Below are positions 49,535-59,695 of a stretch of 64,000 nt of DNA, piece after piece. The DNA comes from Planctomycetota bacterium (GTDB lineage: Bacteria; Planctomycetota; SZUA-567; H5-PLA8). Under the pieces are notes generated by a model. That model was not told where the DNA came from. It ran no database searches and saw only the letters and a program-made list of their open reading frames with translations. Made by a program: the position numbers and the translations under genes. How positions within the stretch are numbered: the first letter of the stretch is position 1; each line of letters begins with the position of its first letter. The DNA is taken from positions 32,001-96,000 of the forward strand of contig BTVV01000003.1 of NCBI GenBank assembly GCA_045863855.1. The letters run 5' to 3'.

Positions 49535-50257
49535 TTGCGTTACGCCATCTTCGGCGACATTCACGGCAATTACGATGCCCTCGAGGCTGTCCTGACGTTC
49601 CTGGATAAACAGGATATCGACGTCTTCCTGTGCACTGGCGACGTGGTGGGCTACGGGGCGGAGCCGAGCAAGTGCATCGAGACGGTGCGCGAGCGCTGTG
49701 TCGTCTGTCTGGCGGGCAACCACGATCACGCGGCCTGCGGCAAACTGGACACCGAATTCTTCAATATCTTCGCGCGGCAGGTCGCGAACTGGACGCGCCA
49801 GCATCTTTCGAACGAAGAGCGGCAGTGGCTGGCGGGGCTGCCGTTCGTCTGCCACTTCGAGGACTTCACGCTCAGCCACGGCAGCGCGCACAGCCCGGAA
49901 GTCTTCAACTACATCACGACGATTTTCGACGCCGAGCTTTCCTTCGAGTGCCTCGACAAGCCGCTGCTTTTCTACGGGCACACGCACATTCCGCTGGCCT
50001 TCTTCGACACGGTCCCGATGACGTACACGATGGACCAGGAGATCAAGATCAACGCGGAAGGCAAGACGCTGGTGAACGTGGGATCGGTGGGGCAGCCGCG
50101 CGACGAAGACCCACGTGCGAGCTTCGCGATTTACGATTCGAACAAGCAGATCGTGCAGCTTCACCGGTTGCCGTACGACGTAAAAAAAGCCGGCCAGAAG
50201 ATCATTGACGCCGGGCTTCCAGAAGCCTTGGCGATCCGGCTGGAACTGGGCAAGTAG
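49535..50257 (+). CDS. calcineurin-like metallophosphoesterase
   Basis: GDIHGN, GDVVGYG, GNHD, GHTH, GSVGQPRD; TTG start with GGAG RBS. Confidence 0.9.
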   Translation: MRYAIFGDIHGNYDALEAVLTFLDKQDIDVFLCTGDVVGYGAEPSKCIETVRERCVVCLAGNHDHAACGKLDTEFFNIFARQVANWTRQHLSNEERQWLAGLPFVCHFEDFTLSHGSAHSPEVFNYITTIFDAELSFECLDKPLLFYGHTHIPLAFFDTVPMTYTMDQEIKINAEGKTLVNVGSVGQPRDEDPRASFAIYDSNKQIVQLHRLPYDVKKAGQKIIDAGLPEALAIRLELGK

Positions 50258-50293
50258 TCCGGTTCATTCCGCGTTTCCGCGATCAACTCTGCA

Positions 50294-51127
50294 TTAAGTA
50301 GGAATCGCTTCGCGTACGAGCGCGCTCGCGGCCGCTTGCTCGGCTCGCGGCTTGTCGCCCGGCGCGCGGTGGCCGGTCTCCAGGAGCCAAGTCCGGCTGC
50401 GCGGCGTTTCGACGGCGTCGTGGAGTGTCGCGCGGCGGCGGTAGGGCAGATAGTTGCCCAAGTGCCACATGCCGCTTCGGTACAGGCAGAAGTCGCCGGC
50501 TTGGAGGAACAGTTGAACGGCGCCGGGCATGCTATTCGCATATCGCAGGCAAGCTGCCTCTCGTTCCTCGGCGCCCCATCCATCCAAGGAAGGGCCAGCC
50601 GGTGGATCGTCCGGGAAAGCGGCGCGTTCGCACGGCAAGTCTTCGCGCAAATGGCTGCCTGGCACCACCCAGGTGCTGTCGTCCGCGTACAACGCGCAGT
50701 TGATCTGGTTGAAGTAGTCGAGGTCGAAGCGCACGCGTTCCCATGCCGCGCGCTTTTCGCCCGTCGTGTGGTGCCTGAAATCGCGGTGCCAGTTCGTGCA
50801 CCACGGCAGACTCGCCGGCTCAATCAGGACGCCCAGCCAGCGGTCGAGATCCCCGTACGTATGCCTGGGAGAGAGCACTCTTGCGAGGGCGTCGCGGAGT
50901 TCAGGCAGATCCCGGTACGCTTCGAACGGCTTGCGATCCAGATCGTACGCTCCGACCGGCTGAAAGCGCTGGACCTGGCTTCCGCTGGCCTTGCGCGCCG
51001 ATTCGCGCCCTTTTTCGGTTTCTCGGCGCAGGTCTCGGACCAAAGCCGGCGGCAAGATGCCGCGGAAAACGGTGAACCCGTCGCGCAGGAACTCGTCCTG
51101 GTGCCGATCTTCGTAGCGGAAGGTCAT
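50294..51127 (-). CDS. phytanoyl-CoA dioxygenase (PhyH) family 2OG-Fe(II) oxygenase
   Basis: FLRDGF, WHRD, VVPGSH, AGD..WHLG..RATL. Confidence 0.85.
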   Translation of the reverse strand: MTFRYEDRHQDEFLRDGFTVFRGILPPALVRDLRRETEKGRESARKASGSQVQRFQPVGAYDLDRKPFEAYRDLPELRDALARVLSPRHTYGDLDRWLGVLIEPASLPWCTNWHRDFRHHTTGEKRAAWERVRFDLDYFNQINCALYADDSTWVVPGSHLREDLPCERAAFPDDPPAGPSLDGWGAEEREAACLRYANSMPGAVQLFLQAGDFCLYRSGMWHLGNYLPYRRRATLHDAVETPRSRTWLLETGHRAPGDKPRAEQAAASALVREAIPT

Positions 51128-51200
51128 GACTATTCTCCGTAGCGGTACCGTGTGCTCAAACTACCCCAATCCGGGATGAGTTCGCGATGGTGCGAATGCG

Positions 51201-52139
51201 GTGAGTTGGGGTACAAAACCGGACTGGGATGAACGGGGTGCGCGAGCAATGGCACGGCTCCAGCGGGCATTACCTTCCAAGGTGGCCTATCCAGCGGGCT
51301 TGCCGCGCATCGTCGCGGCCGGGTTCTCTAAACTGCGCGAGCCGCAAGAGATTCCCCGCTACACGCTCGCGCATTTCGAACTCGACTTTGGACCGGTGCG
51401 GCCGTTCTGCATGCGTTCGGAGCTGAACGGACAGGCCTTCGAAGCCTTGCCCGGTGCGGCGTATCTTTTTCGCCCGGGCGATGTCTACGCTTCGACCATC
51501 GAACCCGGGAAACAGCCCTACACCTGCCACTGGGTGCGCTGGGATTTATCCGGTGGGGACGGGCTGGCGACGGGTGCATCACGCGTGATGGGCTTGCCTC
51601 GATGCATTCGGCTGGGGCTGAGCGAGCAACGCGAACTGATTGAAGCGTATGACGCGCTGCGGGAAGCGCACCATGGCGGCCGGCCGGGGTGGGCGGAAGT
51701 GGCGGCCGGGCATCTGCTGGTCGCGCTGGGCATCTTGCGCCGGGCCGTGGAAAGCCCCGCCGTGGACACCACCGCCGGTCCGGCCGTGGAACGCAGGCTG
51801 GGCTTAAGCCTATCCTTCATCGAAGGACATTTCGCGGAACGCCTGAAACTGGCGGATTTGGCGCGCGCGAGCGGGTGGAGCGAAGACTATTTTGGGCGCG
51901 CATTTCGCCGGGCATTCGGACGCTCGCCCTTGCAGCATCTGCTTGACCGGCGCGTGCAGGAAGGCCGCCGCCTGTTGGCTGCCGATCCGCGCCTTACGGT
52001 GCCCGAGGCCGCGCACCGTTCCGGCTTTGACGATGCGCGGTATTTCGCGCGCCAGTTTAAACGCCGGTATGGCCTGAGCCCCGCGGCGTTTCGGGATGCC
52101 TTGGCGCAGTACCGGATTCCCCCGCTCCCCGGCGTTTGA
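51201..52139 (+). CDS. AraC family transcriptional regulator, divergent from the dioxygenase
   Basis: LADLARASGWSEDYFGRAF, GFDDARYFARQFKRRYGLSP. Start uncertain. Confidence 0.9.
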   Translation: MSWGTKPDWDERGARAMARLQRALPSKVAYPAGLPRIVAAGFSKLREPQEIPRYTLAHFELDFGPVRPFCMRSELNGQAFEALPGAAYLFRPGDVYASTIEPGKQPYTCHWVRWDLSGGDGLATGASRVMGLPRCIRLGLSEQRELIEAYDALREAHHGGRPGWAEVAAGHLLVALGILRRAVESPAVDTTAGPAVERRLGLSLSFIEGHFAERLKLADLARASGWSEDYFGRAFRRAFGRSPLQHLLDRRVQEGRRLLAADPRLTVPEAAHRSGFDDARYFARQFKRRYGLSPAAFRDALAQYRIPPLPGV

Positions 52140-52249
52140 CACCCTCCGCTTGCGCCTTACCTTATAGGAGTTGCCCCGGAGCCGTTCGAGGGCCCCGTTT
52201 TTTTTCCGCCGCCGGGTTTTTCCGAGCGCTCATGCGAAGGAGAAGGGAC

Positions 52250-52990
52250 ATGCCGAAGGGCTTCACGCTGTGGTTCACGGGGCTGTCGGGGTCGGGCAAA
52301 TCCACCCTGGCCAACGCGGTCGCACAGGAACTGCAGAAGCAGGGCCGCCTGATCGACCTGCTGGACGGCGACGTCGTGCGCCAGCATCTGAGCAAGGGCC
52401 TGGGCTTCAGCAAGGAAGACCGCGACACGAACATCCGGCGCATCGGGTTCGTCGCGCACTTGATCACGCGCCACGGCGGCGTGGCGATCACCGCCGCGAT
52501 CAGCCCCTACCGCGCGATTCGCGACGAGAACCGCAAGCTGATCGGCGATTTCGTCGAGGTTTACGCCAAGTGTCCGATCGAAGAATGCGAGAAGCGCGAC
52601 GTGAAGGGCCTGTACAAGAAGGCCCGCGAAGCCGTCGCGGCCGGGAAGGGCATGCAGTTTACCGGCGTGGACGATCCGTACGAAGAGCCGAGCAAGGCCG
52701 AGATCGTGGTCGACACGAGCACCTGCACGGTCCAGGACGGCGTGAAGATCATACTCGACGCCCTGAATAAGCTGGGCTACCTCGAAGCGGGCGCCGCGGC
52801 CGGCGACGATCACCGCGCGCACCACGAGTACGTGCCGGACGAACTGCTCAAGAAGGCCGAAGCCGCGTTCAAGAAGGCCGGCAAGGTGCATACCGACGTG
52901 CTGCTGAAGGAGTTGCACATCGGCTTCAGCACCGCCGCGCACGTGATCGACAAGCTGGCGGAACAGGGGAAGGTTTCGTTCAAGGGCTAA
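52250..52990 (+). CDS. cysC: adenylyl-sulfate kinase with C-terminal FtsK-gamma-like winged helix
   Basis: WFTGLSGSGKST, LDGDVVR, ISPY, RDVKGLY, FTGVDDPYE; about 50-aa extra C-terminal domain. Confidence 0.93.
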   Translation: MPKGFTLWFTGLSGSGKSTLANAVAQELQKQGRLIDLLDGDVVRQHLSKGLGFSKEDRDTNIRRIGFVAHLITRHGGVAITAAISPYRAIRDENRKLIGDFVEVYAKCPIEECEKRDVKGLYKKAREAVAAGKGMQFTGVDDPYEEPSKAEIVVDTSTCTVQDGVKIILDALNKLGYLEAGAAAGDDHRAHHEYVPDELLKKAEAAFKKAGKVHTDVLLKELHIGFSTAAHVIDKLAEQGKVSFKG

Positions 52991-52996
52991 GTTCGC

Positions 52997-53039
52997 GGAA
53001 ACGGAGCCCGGAGCGTCTTCGCGCTTCGGGCTCCGTTCC
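52997..53039. terminator. long hairpin after cysC
   Basis: ACGGAGCCCGGAGCG / CGCTTCGGGCTCCGT stem with a weak U-tract. Confidence 0.5.
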
Positions 53040-53045
53040 ATTTAT

Positions 53046-53489
53046 ATGCGCTTCGTCGTCCTGCACCACACGGGCTGGCCGGACCACGGCGATCACTTCG
53101 ACCTGATGCTGCAGGCCGAGGCGGGCGATTCGGATGCCGCGCAGGTGCTCAAGACGTTCGCGACGCTCACGCACGAATTTCCCGACGGCAAGAGCCACGC
53201 CGACGTGCGTCAGCGCGACGAGCAGGCCCTGGGGCCGGACGCGCAGACCAACTTGCTGCGGCTTATCGACGATCACCGCCGCGCGTATCTCGAGTTCGAG
53301 GGCGAGGTGAGCGGCGGGCGCGGGCGCGTCGCGCGCGTGGAATCCGGTACGCTCGCGTGGCTCCAGCCGCCCGAGGCCGATGCGCTGCTACTACGCTTCG
53401 AATTGCAAGGCTCGAGGCTCAAAGGCGGCTATCGCTTGCGCCACATGGGCGGCGGGATTTTCAGTTTCGAGCGGCTTAAGCGCGTCTGA
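53046..53489 (+). CDS. stand-alone LigD 3'-phosphoesterase-like domain protein
   Basis: RFVVLHH..DHFDLML..LKTFA..DHRRAYLEFEGEV..GRGRV..ESG. Confidence 0.7.
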   Translation: MRFVVLHHTGWPDHGDHFDLMLQAEAGDSDAAQVLKTFATLTHEFPDGKSHADVRQRDEQALGPDAQTNLLRLIDDHRRAYLEFEGEVSGGRGRVARVESGTLAWLQPPEADALLLRFELQGSRLKGGYRLRHMGGGIFSFERLKRV

Positions 53490-53587
53490 GCTTCCGGCGC
53501 GCTCAGACTGGACAGCGCCCCCCGCATCGGGGAAAACGGGTTTGTATGCCCGCGTAATGGATCGTTCCAACAATCACGAGGCGTGTC

Positions 53588-54955
53588 ATGGCCATCGAGT
53601 TCGATTGTCCTCAATGCCGCAAGGGTCTTTTTGCGCAGGATCAGTACGTCGGGCGCGAGATCGCCTGCCCGGATTGTAAAACGCGGGTGAAGATCCCGAC
53701 GGCCAGCGGCCAACCGGCGCAACGCGCCGGCGAAGCGGCGTTTACGCCGACGTACGTGCCGCCTTCGGCGCCGGCCGCTCCGCGGACGCCGTCGTCGACG
53801 CCGCAGCCGCAGGCGGTGGGTTCGAGCACGCCGCAGCCGTACACTCCGGGCGGGACGCCACCGCCGTATCCGTCGGGTCCGGCGGCGCCGCAGGGCTATG
53901 CGCCGCCGCCGCAGGGATATGCCGCGCATGGGCAGGCTCCGCCGGCGGGGCAGGTGCTTCCGCCGCTGGGCTACGCGCCGCAGGGTGCGGCTCCGGCTGC
54001 CGGAGCGGACCGTCCGTGTCCGGCGTGCGGGCAGCAAATCAAGGTTGAAGCGCGGCAATGCCGCTTCTGCGGACATGTGGTCGACCAGGCGTTGCAGCAG
54101 CAGTTGGGCGCGGCGCAGGCGCAGGATCAGTATCCGGCGTGGCGCGGCGCGCGGGGTGGCGTGGAGTTCGGCGCGACGCTGGATGTGGGCATCGCGGTGC
54201 TGCGGCGCTTCTGGGGTATGGGCGGCGCGATGATCTTCCTGTTCGGCATCATCGTGAGCATGATCGCGATGATCGCACTAATTCCGATGGGCTTGATTCT
54301 GGGCATGGCGGGCGGAGCCGGAGGCGGCGGTGGTGCGGCCGCGGGTATCCTGATCGCGGTTGTTGGGGGGCTGGTGGCTTTTGCAGTCATCTGGCTGCTG
54401 AGCTGCGTATTTATCGCGGGCTTGTGGAAAGTGAGCATCACGATGGCCGATAACGTGATGGGCAAACCCGTCGAACCGCGCTTCGAAGACCTCTTCTCGG
54501 GCTTTTCGTGCATCGGAAGCGTGCTGGGTGTTAACCTGGTAATGGTTCTGGTGGGCATTCTTTCCGGTCTGGTTGGCGCGGTGCTGGCCACTTACTTGGG
54601 CACCGCGGGCCAGATCGTTCAGTTTGGGCTCAACATCTTTAACTATTGGATTACCTTGCGGCTGCTGATCGCCGTTCCGTTGATCATGGATCGGCACCGC
54701 GGCGCGATGGAGGCCTTGGGCGAGAGCTGGCGGCTGACCAGCGGTAATGCGTTGATCATGTTCTGCGCGGTGTTGGTGGGCACCATCATCGCCGGACTGG
54801 GCATCATCCTGCTCGTGATCGGGTATATCTTCACGTCTGTGGTGTTGATGGGCATCTTCGGCAGTATGTACCGCCAACTGACCTGGCACGGTGCGCAAAC
54901 GCAGGCGCCCGCTCCTGGCGGGTATGCGCCGCAGCCGCAAGCCCCGGCGTACTGA
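53588..54955 (+). CDS. double zinc-ribbon, Pro-rich, multi-pass membrane protein
   Basis: CPQC..CPDC, P/A/Q/Y-rich linker, CPAC..CRFC, about 5-6 TM segments with AMEALGESWRLT. Confidence 0.75.
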   Translation: MAIEFDCPQCRKGLFAQDQYVGREIACPDCKTRVKIPTASGQPAQRAGEAAFTPTYVPPSAPAAPRTPSSTPQPQAVGSSTPQPYTPGGTPPPYPSGPAAPQGYAPPPQGYAAHGQAPPAGQVLPPLGYAPQGAAPAAGADRPCPACGQQIKVEARQCRFCGHVVDQALQQQLGAAQAQDQYPAWRGARGGVEFGATLDVGIAVLRRFWGMGGAMIFLFGIIVSMIAMIALIPMGLILGMAGGAGGGGGAAAGILIAVVGGLVAFAVIWLLSCVFIAGLWKVSITMADNVMGKPVEPRFEDLFSGFSCIGSVLGVNLVMVLVGILSGLVGAVLATYLGTAGQIVQFGLNIFNYWITLRLLIAVPLIMDRHRGAMEALGESWRLTSGNALIMFCAVLVGTIIAGLGIILLVIGYIFTSVVLMGIFGSMYRQLTWHGAQTQAPAPGGYAPQPQAPAY

Positions 54956-54980
54956 TTCGCCTTCGCGAAGGAGCACGTGC

Positions 54981-55973
54981 ATGCATTACCGGCATCTGGG
55001 TCGAGCGGGCGTGCAGGTCAGCGAGATCGCGTACGGTTCGTGGATCACCGCCGGAGGGCAGTACGCGGCGGAAGCGTCCATCGCGTGCCATGAACGCGCG
55101 TACGAACTGGGGATCAACTGCTTCGACACGGCCGATGTGTACAACGCGGGGCAGGCCGAGACGATCGTGGGGCGGGTTCTGAAAAGCATTCCGCGCCGGA
55201 GCATCGTGCTGGCGACGAAGTGCCATGGGCGCATGGGCGAGGGAGTCAACGACCGCGGGACGAGCCGCAAGCACGTGCGCGAAGCCTGCGAAGCGAGTCT
55301 GGCGCGGCTGGACGTCGAGTATATCGACGTGTACCAGGCGCACAGCTACGACGCCGAGACGCCGATCGAGGAGACGTGCCGGGCCTTCGACGATCTGATC
55401 CGGCAGGGCAAAATTCTGTATTGGGGCGTGAGCAACTGGGGCGTGCGGCAGGTCGCGGAAGCGGCGGCGGTCTGCGCGCGCCGCGGCTACGACGCTCCGG
55501 TCAGCCATCAGCCGCGCTACAACCTGTTCGCGCGCGAGATCGAAGCCGACCTGATGCCGCTGTGCAAGCAGCACGGGCTGGGCTTCATCGTGTATTCGCC
55601 GCTTGCGCAGGGGCTGCTCACCGGCAAGTACGCAAACGGCACGATCCCGGCAGGCTCCCGCGCCGAAAAGAGCGATAATTTCAAGGACCGCCACCTCACT
55701 GCGTACAACCTTGCCGCCGTGCAGGAACTTCAGTCGCTGGCATCCGAATGCGCTCTGAGCGTTTCGCAATTAGCGCTGGCGTGGGTGCTGCGGCGGGACG
55801 AGCTGAGCGCCGCGATCGTAGGCGCTTCGCGCCCGGAGCAGCTCGACGAGACGGTGAAGGCGGCGGGCGTAAAGCTGGACGAGGCAACGCAGCAGAAGAT
55901 CGAGAAGATACTGAATAGGCGGCGCGCGGCGGTGCATGACGAAGACGCGGCGAAGTTGCGGACGGAGAAGTAG
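54981..55973 (+). CDS. aldo/keto reductase (Kv-beta-like)
   Basis: YRHLGRAG, FDTADVY, LATK, IDVYQAH, GVSNW, YSPLAQG. Confidence 0.93.
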   Translation: MHYRHLGRAGVQVSEIAYGSWITAGGQYAAEASIACHERAYELGINCFDTADVYNAGQAETIVGRVLKSIPRRSIVLATKCHGRMGEGVNDRGTSRKHVREACEASLARLDVEYIDVYQAHSYDAETPIEETCRAFDDLIRQGKILYWGVSNWGVRQVAEAAAVCARRGYDAPVSHQPRYNLFAREIEADLMPLCKQHGLGFIVYSPLAQGLLTGKYANGTIPAGSRAEKSDNFKDRHLTAYNLAAVQELQSLASECALSVSQLALAWVLRRDELSAAIVGASRPEQLDETVKAAGVKLDEATQQKIEKILNRRRAAVHDEDAAKLRTEK

Positions 55974-57387
55974 GCGCTTGGTCATTTTACCAAACAGATG
56001 CATCCATCTTATTGGATGCATACTTAGCCTGACATTCCTAGTCAGGCGACTAAGTGCGGAGCAAGGCCACGAACTTCCTGCTCGTCCCGCCGATTTAAGT
56101 GGACTTAGCCTACTTAGGGGAGATCTAAATAAGAGGTTAGAGCAATCTAATCGAGAAATCGACAAACCGGATAGTACTGCGAAGGACTGGGCACTGCGGA
56201 GCCAATTTTTGCTTCGTGCTGGTCGCATTGAAGACGCCGAAGAGGCTGCGGCAAAGGCTTTACAATTGAACGGACGTTTGGCTGAAGCTCACTTTGTGAT
56301 GGCACTGATTAGAGAAGCTGAAGGCAAGGCAGAAGAAGCTGCGAAATTTAATGAAGCAGGTTGGCGAGATGGGTATCCTGATCTGAAGTCGTATCGAATC
56401 CTTCCGACATTTCCGATCGAAGTTCCCAAGCTAGTTCGCCAAGCCCGTGCCGAATTGATTATAAGGAGTTTGAATGATGACGATCCGCAGCGAAAGACAG
56501 TTGAAAGTATCAGGGCTTGGCGGGAAAGGTTTCCTGCCAGTATGCGCTTTTATTCGATTGGCGAATTGCCTATCCCGATGTCTGAAGAATTGGGATTCCG
56601 AAATCGCATTCTGTATATAAGAACTCGAACTGAGGAAAGGGAATTTCGCCTACACCTGGACACTGGGGCATGGGATGCCTCCTTGGTTACAAGTGTTTTT
56701 GAAGAAAGTACCAAGTTGAGAATTGAGAGTCATAGTTGGGGCATGCATGGATGGGGGATTAGAAAGGGCTCCGTGTTGCCTTCGATGTGGATAGGAAGCT
56801 GGAAGGTGAGAAACATACCTGTTGACGAAGCCGGCCGCAGTTACTTGGGATTAGGTTTATTTGTCGTAAATAGATTGTGCGTGGGATTGGATTTAAAGAA
56901 CGACAAGTTCGTGGTATGGAAATCGCCCCTTCCTTCGGAGAAGGGCCTCCGCAGAACAACTCTCCCCATATTGCTTTTCGATGGGCATATATACTTGCGT
57001 GTGAAATTGGCGAATGGTCGAACTGCAATCTTTATCTTCGACACAGGCGCTACAGCCACCTTTCTAGATTCCGATCCCCACTTTGAGCTTCGAATGAACG
57101 AGAAGGTGAGTGGACGAGAAGTTCGGATTCAGATCACCGATATCCACCGTAAGGAAATCGTGCCGGTATGGAAATTGGACTCGTTAGAAGTAGTCTTGAC
57201 CGAAAATGCGACATTAAAAATTTCCAAGACACCATTTTCCTTAAACTTGCTTCCTCTTTCCCAATTAACCGCTGTAATTCCTGATGGGATTTTGGGTGCA
57301 GACATATTTTCTCAAACCCCTTTGAAGAAGGGCTGCGTTTGGCTAGACTTTGATTCATACCAAATACACTTCGATTTGCCGGACTAA
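55936..57387 (+). CDS. TPR + two retropepsin-like aspartic protease domains, low GC
   Basis: TPR (AEEAAAKALQLN..AEAHF), LDTGA..YLGL, FDTGA..DGILGAD. Start uncertain. Confidence 0.75.
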   Translation: MTKTRRSCGRRSRRLVILPNRCIHLIGCILSLTFLVRRLSAEQGHELPARPADLSGLSLLRGDLNKRLEQSNREIDKPDSTAKDWALRSQFLLRAGRIEDAEEAAAKALQLNGRLAEAHFVMALIREAEGKAEEAAKFNEAGWRDGYPDLKSYRILPTFPIEVPKLVRQARAELIIRSLNDDDPQRKTVESIRAWRERFPASMRFYSIGELPIPMSEELGFRNRILYIRTRTEEREFRLHLDTGAWDASLVTSVFEESTKLRIESHSWGMHGWGIRKGSVLPSMWIGSWKVRNIPVDEAGRSYLGLGLFVVNRLCVGLDLKNDKFVVWKSPLPSEKGLRRTTLPILLFDGHIYLRVKLANGRTAIFIFDTGATATFLDSDPHFELRMNEKVSGREVRIQITDIHRKEIVPVWKLDSLEVVLTENATLKISKTPFSLNLLPLSQLTAVIPDGILGADIFSQTPLKKGCVWLDFDSYQIHFDLPD

Positions 57388-57706
57388 GCGGGTTCGTATT
57401 CGTTTATTAGCTATTGAGCGCGCTTCGCGCGGTATGTTGTGTTCACTTCTCCTACCTGTCCTTTGCAAGGACGGGAATCTTACTGGTCAACGGCGAAGAG
57501 CCTGGCCGAGGCCGGATCGTACCTAACAATCGGCCAATGAAGTCAAATTCTTTTGCTTAAAGTGAGTTGCTAGTGAATAAGCTGCTTCCCCTGCGGGTTG
57601 CACACCCGCAATACCTGGCGAGTTTGGCGGATGCGCAATGAATTCGCCGCAAGCGTCTGCAATTCCGCATTCCTCAAGGCGCAAACGTGCGCTATAGTCT
57701 CCGCCC

Positions 57707-59617
57707 ATGAGCACGCCTCAACCACGGTCGCCGGGCGGGTCGGGGGCCGACCGGCCCCACGACCCCGATGCGACGGTGATGCGCCCTTCGGACCCGCCTC
57801 CGCCGGCGCCGCGCCCCATCGTCGACGCCGAAGGCGACGGCGAACTGGACCTGCCCACCGAACGCTCGCTGCCGCCGCAGGACCTTTCGCGCGATGCGCT
57901 TTTGGCGCTGGCGCCGCGGCATGCGATGGACGGGCTTACGGTTCCGGTGCTGGGCGGCGTTTTTCTGGTCGCCAAGATCGGGCAGGGCGGGATGGGAGCG
58001 GTTTACTACGGGCTGCATTCGCGGCTGCGCAAAGAAGTCGCGCTCAAGGTATTGCCGCCGAATCTGGCCGAGCAAGATCCCGACCTGATGAAACGCTTTT
58101 TCCGCGAGGCGCAGATCGCATGCCGCGTCAGTTCGCCGCATGTCGTGAACGTGCTGGATGTGAACCGCGACGAAGCGAGCGGGCTGTGCTACCTCGTGAT
58201 GGAGTACGTGCGCGGAACCTCGGCCGGCGGAGTGCTGAAGCAGGTCCAGAAGGACAAGCGAGTGGGGCTTGACGAGGCCACGGCGCTGACGCTGATCGCC
58301 TCGGCCAGCGAAGGACTGGCGGCGGCGCATGCCGAGGGGATCGTGCATCGGGATATCAAGCCGGACAACATTTTGATTCCGTTCGCGCGCGGAGGGCACG
58401 AACCGCAATTCGGGCGTTCGAAGCTCGCGGACTTGGGGCTCGCGCGCTGCGGGGAGAGCGGTTTATCGCTGACCGGTGCGCAGATGGCGATGGGCACGCC
58501 GGGGTACCTTGCGCCGGAGCAGGCCATCGACGCGAAGACCGCGGGGCTGCCCGCCGACGTCTACGGCATGGGCGCGACGCTGTACGCGCTCCTGAGCGGC
58601 CACGCACCGTTCACGGGCTCGAGCGCAATGAAGATCATCCTCGACACGATGCAGAATCCGCACCGTCCGATTCGCGAACTGCGGCCGGACGTTTCTGAGG
58701 CAACGGCTGCGCTGCTGGAGCGCTGCTTGCAAAAGAAGCCCGAGCACCGACCGCGGGACGGCGGAGCCTTATGCGAGGAATTGCGCGCCTGCCGGGCCGC
58801 TCCAAGCCGTTCGGCGCCGCGTTCGGATGCGGAATTCACGCCCACCGTTCGCGCCGCTCCGTCGCCGGCCGGTCCTGCGCCGTCGCCTTCGGCCTGGCGG
58901 CAGGAAGTGGTGCCTTCGGTGAATGCCGCTCCGCCGGCTTCAGGCCCGCCGGTATACACACCGCCGGCCGCTTACGCTCCGCCGCAGACGCCCGCGCCCG
59001 CGGCCGGTTCGTACGGGCCTCCGCCGGTGTATTCGCCCCCCGGTGCGTATGCGCCGCCGGGCGGTTATCGCCCTTCGGGGCCGCCCGCTCCCGCGCCGAA
59101 GCAGGGCTCGTCGAGCGCGGTGGTCTTAGGCATTGTGGCCGCGGTGCTGCTGCTGCTGCTGGGCGGGGGGATCGGCGGCTTGTTGCTGCTGGGCATAGAG
59201 TCCGATGCGCCGCCTGCCGAAGACGGTCAATCCCTGCAGATGCGCACGGGCGCCACGGACCTCATGGATTCGGACTATCCGGAGTTCGAGCGCGCCGCGC
59301 GGCGCTGGTTCGAACAGTTCATGACGGGGCGCTTTAGCGAAGCTTACAACGGGACGGACGACGGATTCCGGGCCAACGTCACGGAAGCGGACTTCATCGC
59401 CAAGGCGAAGGGGATGCAGACCGGCGGCTGGCCGAGTTCGTTCGAATTTGACGATGCGCAGACGTTCCCGGATCCGCAGGGGAACCCGATGCTGCGGCTG
59501 CGGTTCGAGGTTCATTATCCGAACGGCGAGGCGTGGAACTTCGATTTCCAGTTCCGGCAGAACATCCAGCCGCCACGGATTTACCGGTTCGACTATACCC
59601 CGCGCACCGGGAATTAA
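57707..59617 (+). CDS. Hanks-type Ser/Thr kinase with TM and small extracytoplasmic domain
   Basis: GQGGMG, ALK, HRDIKPDN, DLG, LAPEQ; Pro-rich linker; TM. Confidence 0.93.
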   Translation: MSTPQPRSPGGSGADRPHDPDATVMRPSDPPPPAPRPIVDAEGDGELDLPTERSLPPQDLSRDALLALAPRHAMDGLTVPVLGGVFLVAKIGQGGMGAVYYGLHSRLRKEVALKVLPPNLAEQDPDLMKRFFREAQIACRVSSPHVVNVLDVNRDEASGLCYLVMEYVRGTSAGGVLKQVQKDKRVGLDEATALTLIASASEGLAAAHAEGIVHRDIKPDNILIPFARGGHEPQFGRSKLADLGLARCGESGLSLTGAQMAMGTPGYLAPEQAIDAKTAGLPADVYGMGATLYALLSGHAPFTGSSAMKIILDTMQNPHRPIRELRPDVSEATAALLERCLQKKPEHRPRDGGALCEELRACRAAPSRSAPRSDAEFTPTVRAAPSPAGPAPSPSAWRQEVVPSVNAAPPASGPPVYTPPAAYAPPQTPAPAAGSYGPPPVYSPPGAYAPPGGYRPSGPPAPAPKQGSSSAVVLGIVAAVLLLLLGGGIGGLLLLGIESDAPPAEDGQSLQMRTGATDLMDSDYPEFERAARRWFEQFMTGRFSEAYNGTDDGFRANVTEADFIAKAKGMQTGGWPSSFEFDDAQTFPDPQGNPMLRLRFEVHYPNGEAWNFDFQFRQNIQPPRIYRFDYTPRTGN

Positions 59618-59695
59618 GCGGACCGGAATAGGGCGCGCCGCGCTTCGTTTTCGTCCGATACTTGGGGATAAAGAGGAGCCCCATCCGGCGTCGCC

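Noticed and set aside
53740..54000. Repetitive CCGCAGGG/GCCGCC tracts as a possible repeat array or CRISPR
   Set aside because: They encode a Pro/Gln/Gly/Tyr low-complexity linker. There is no fixed repeat-spacer period and no cas gene.
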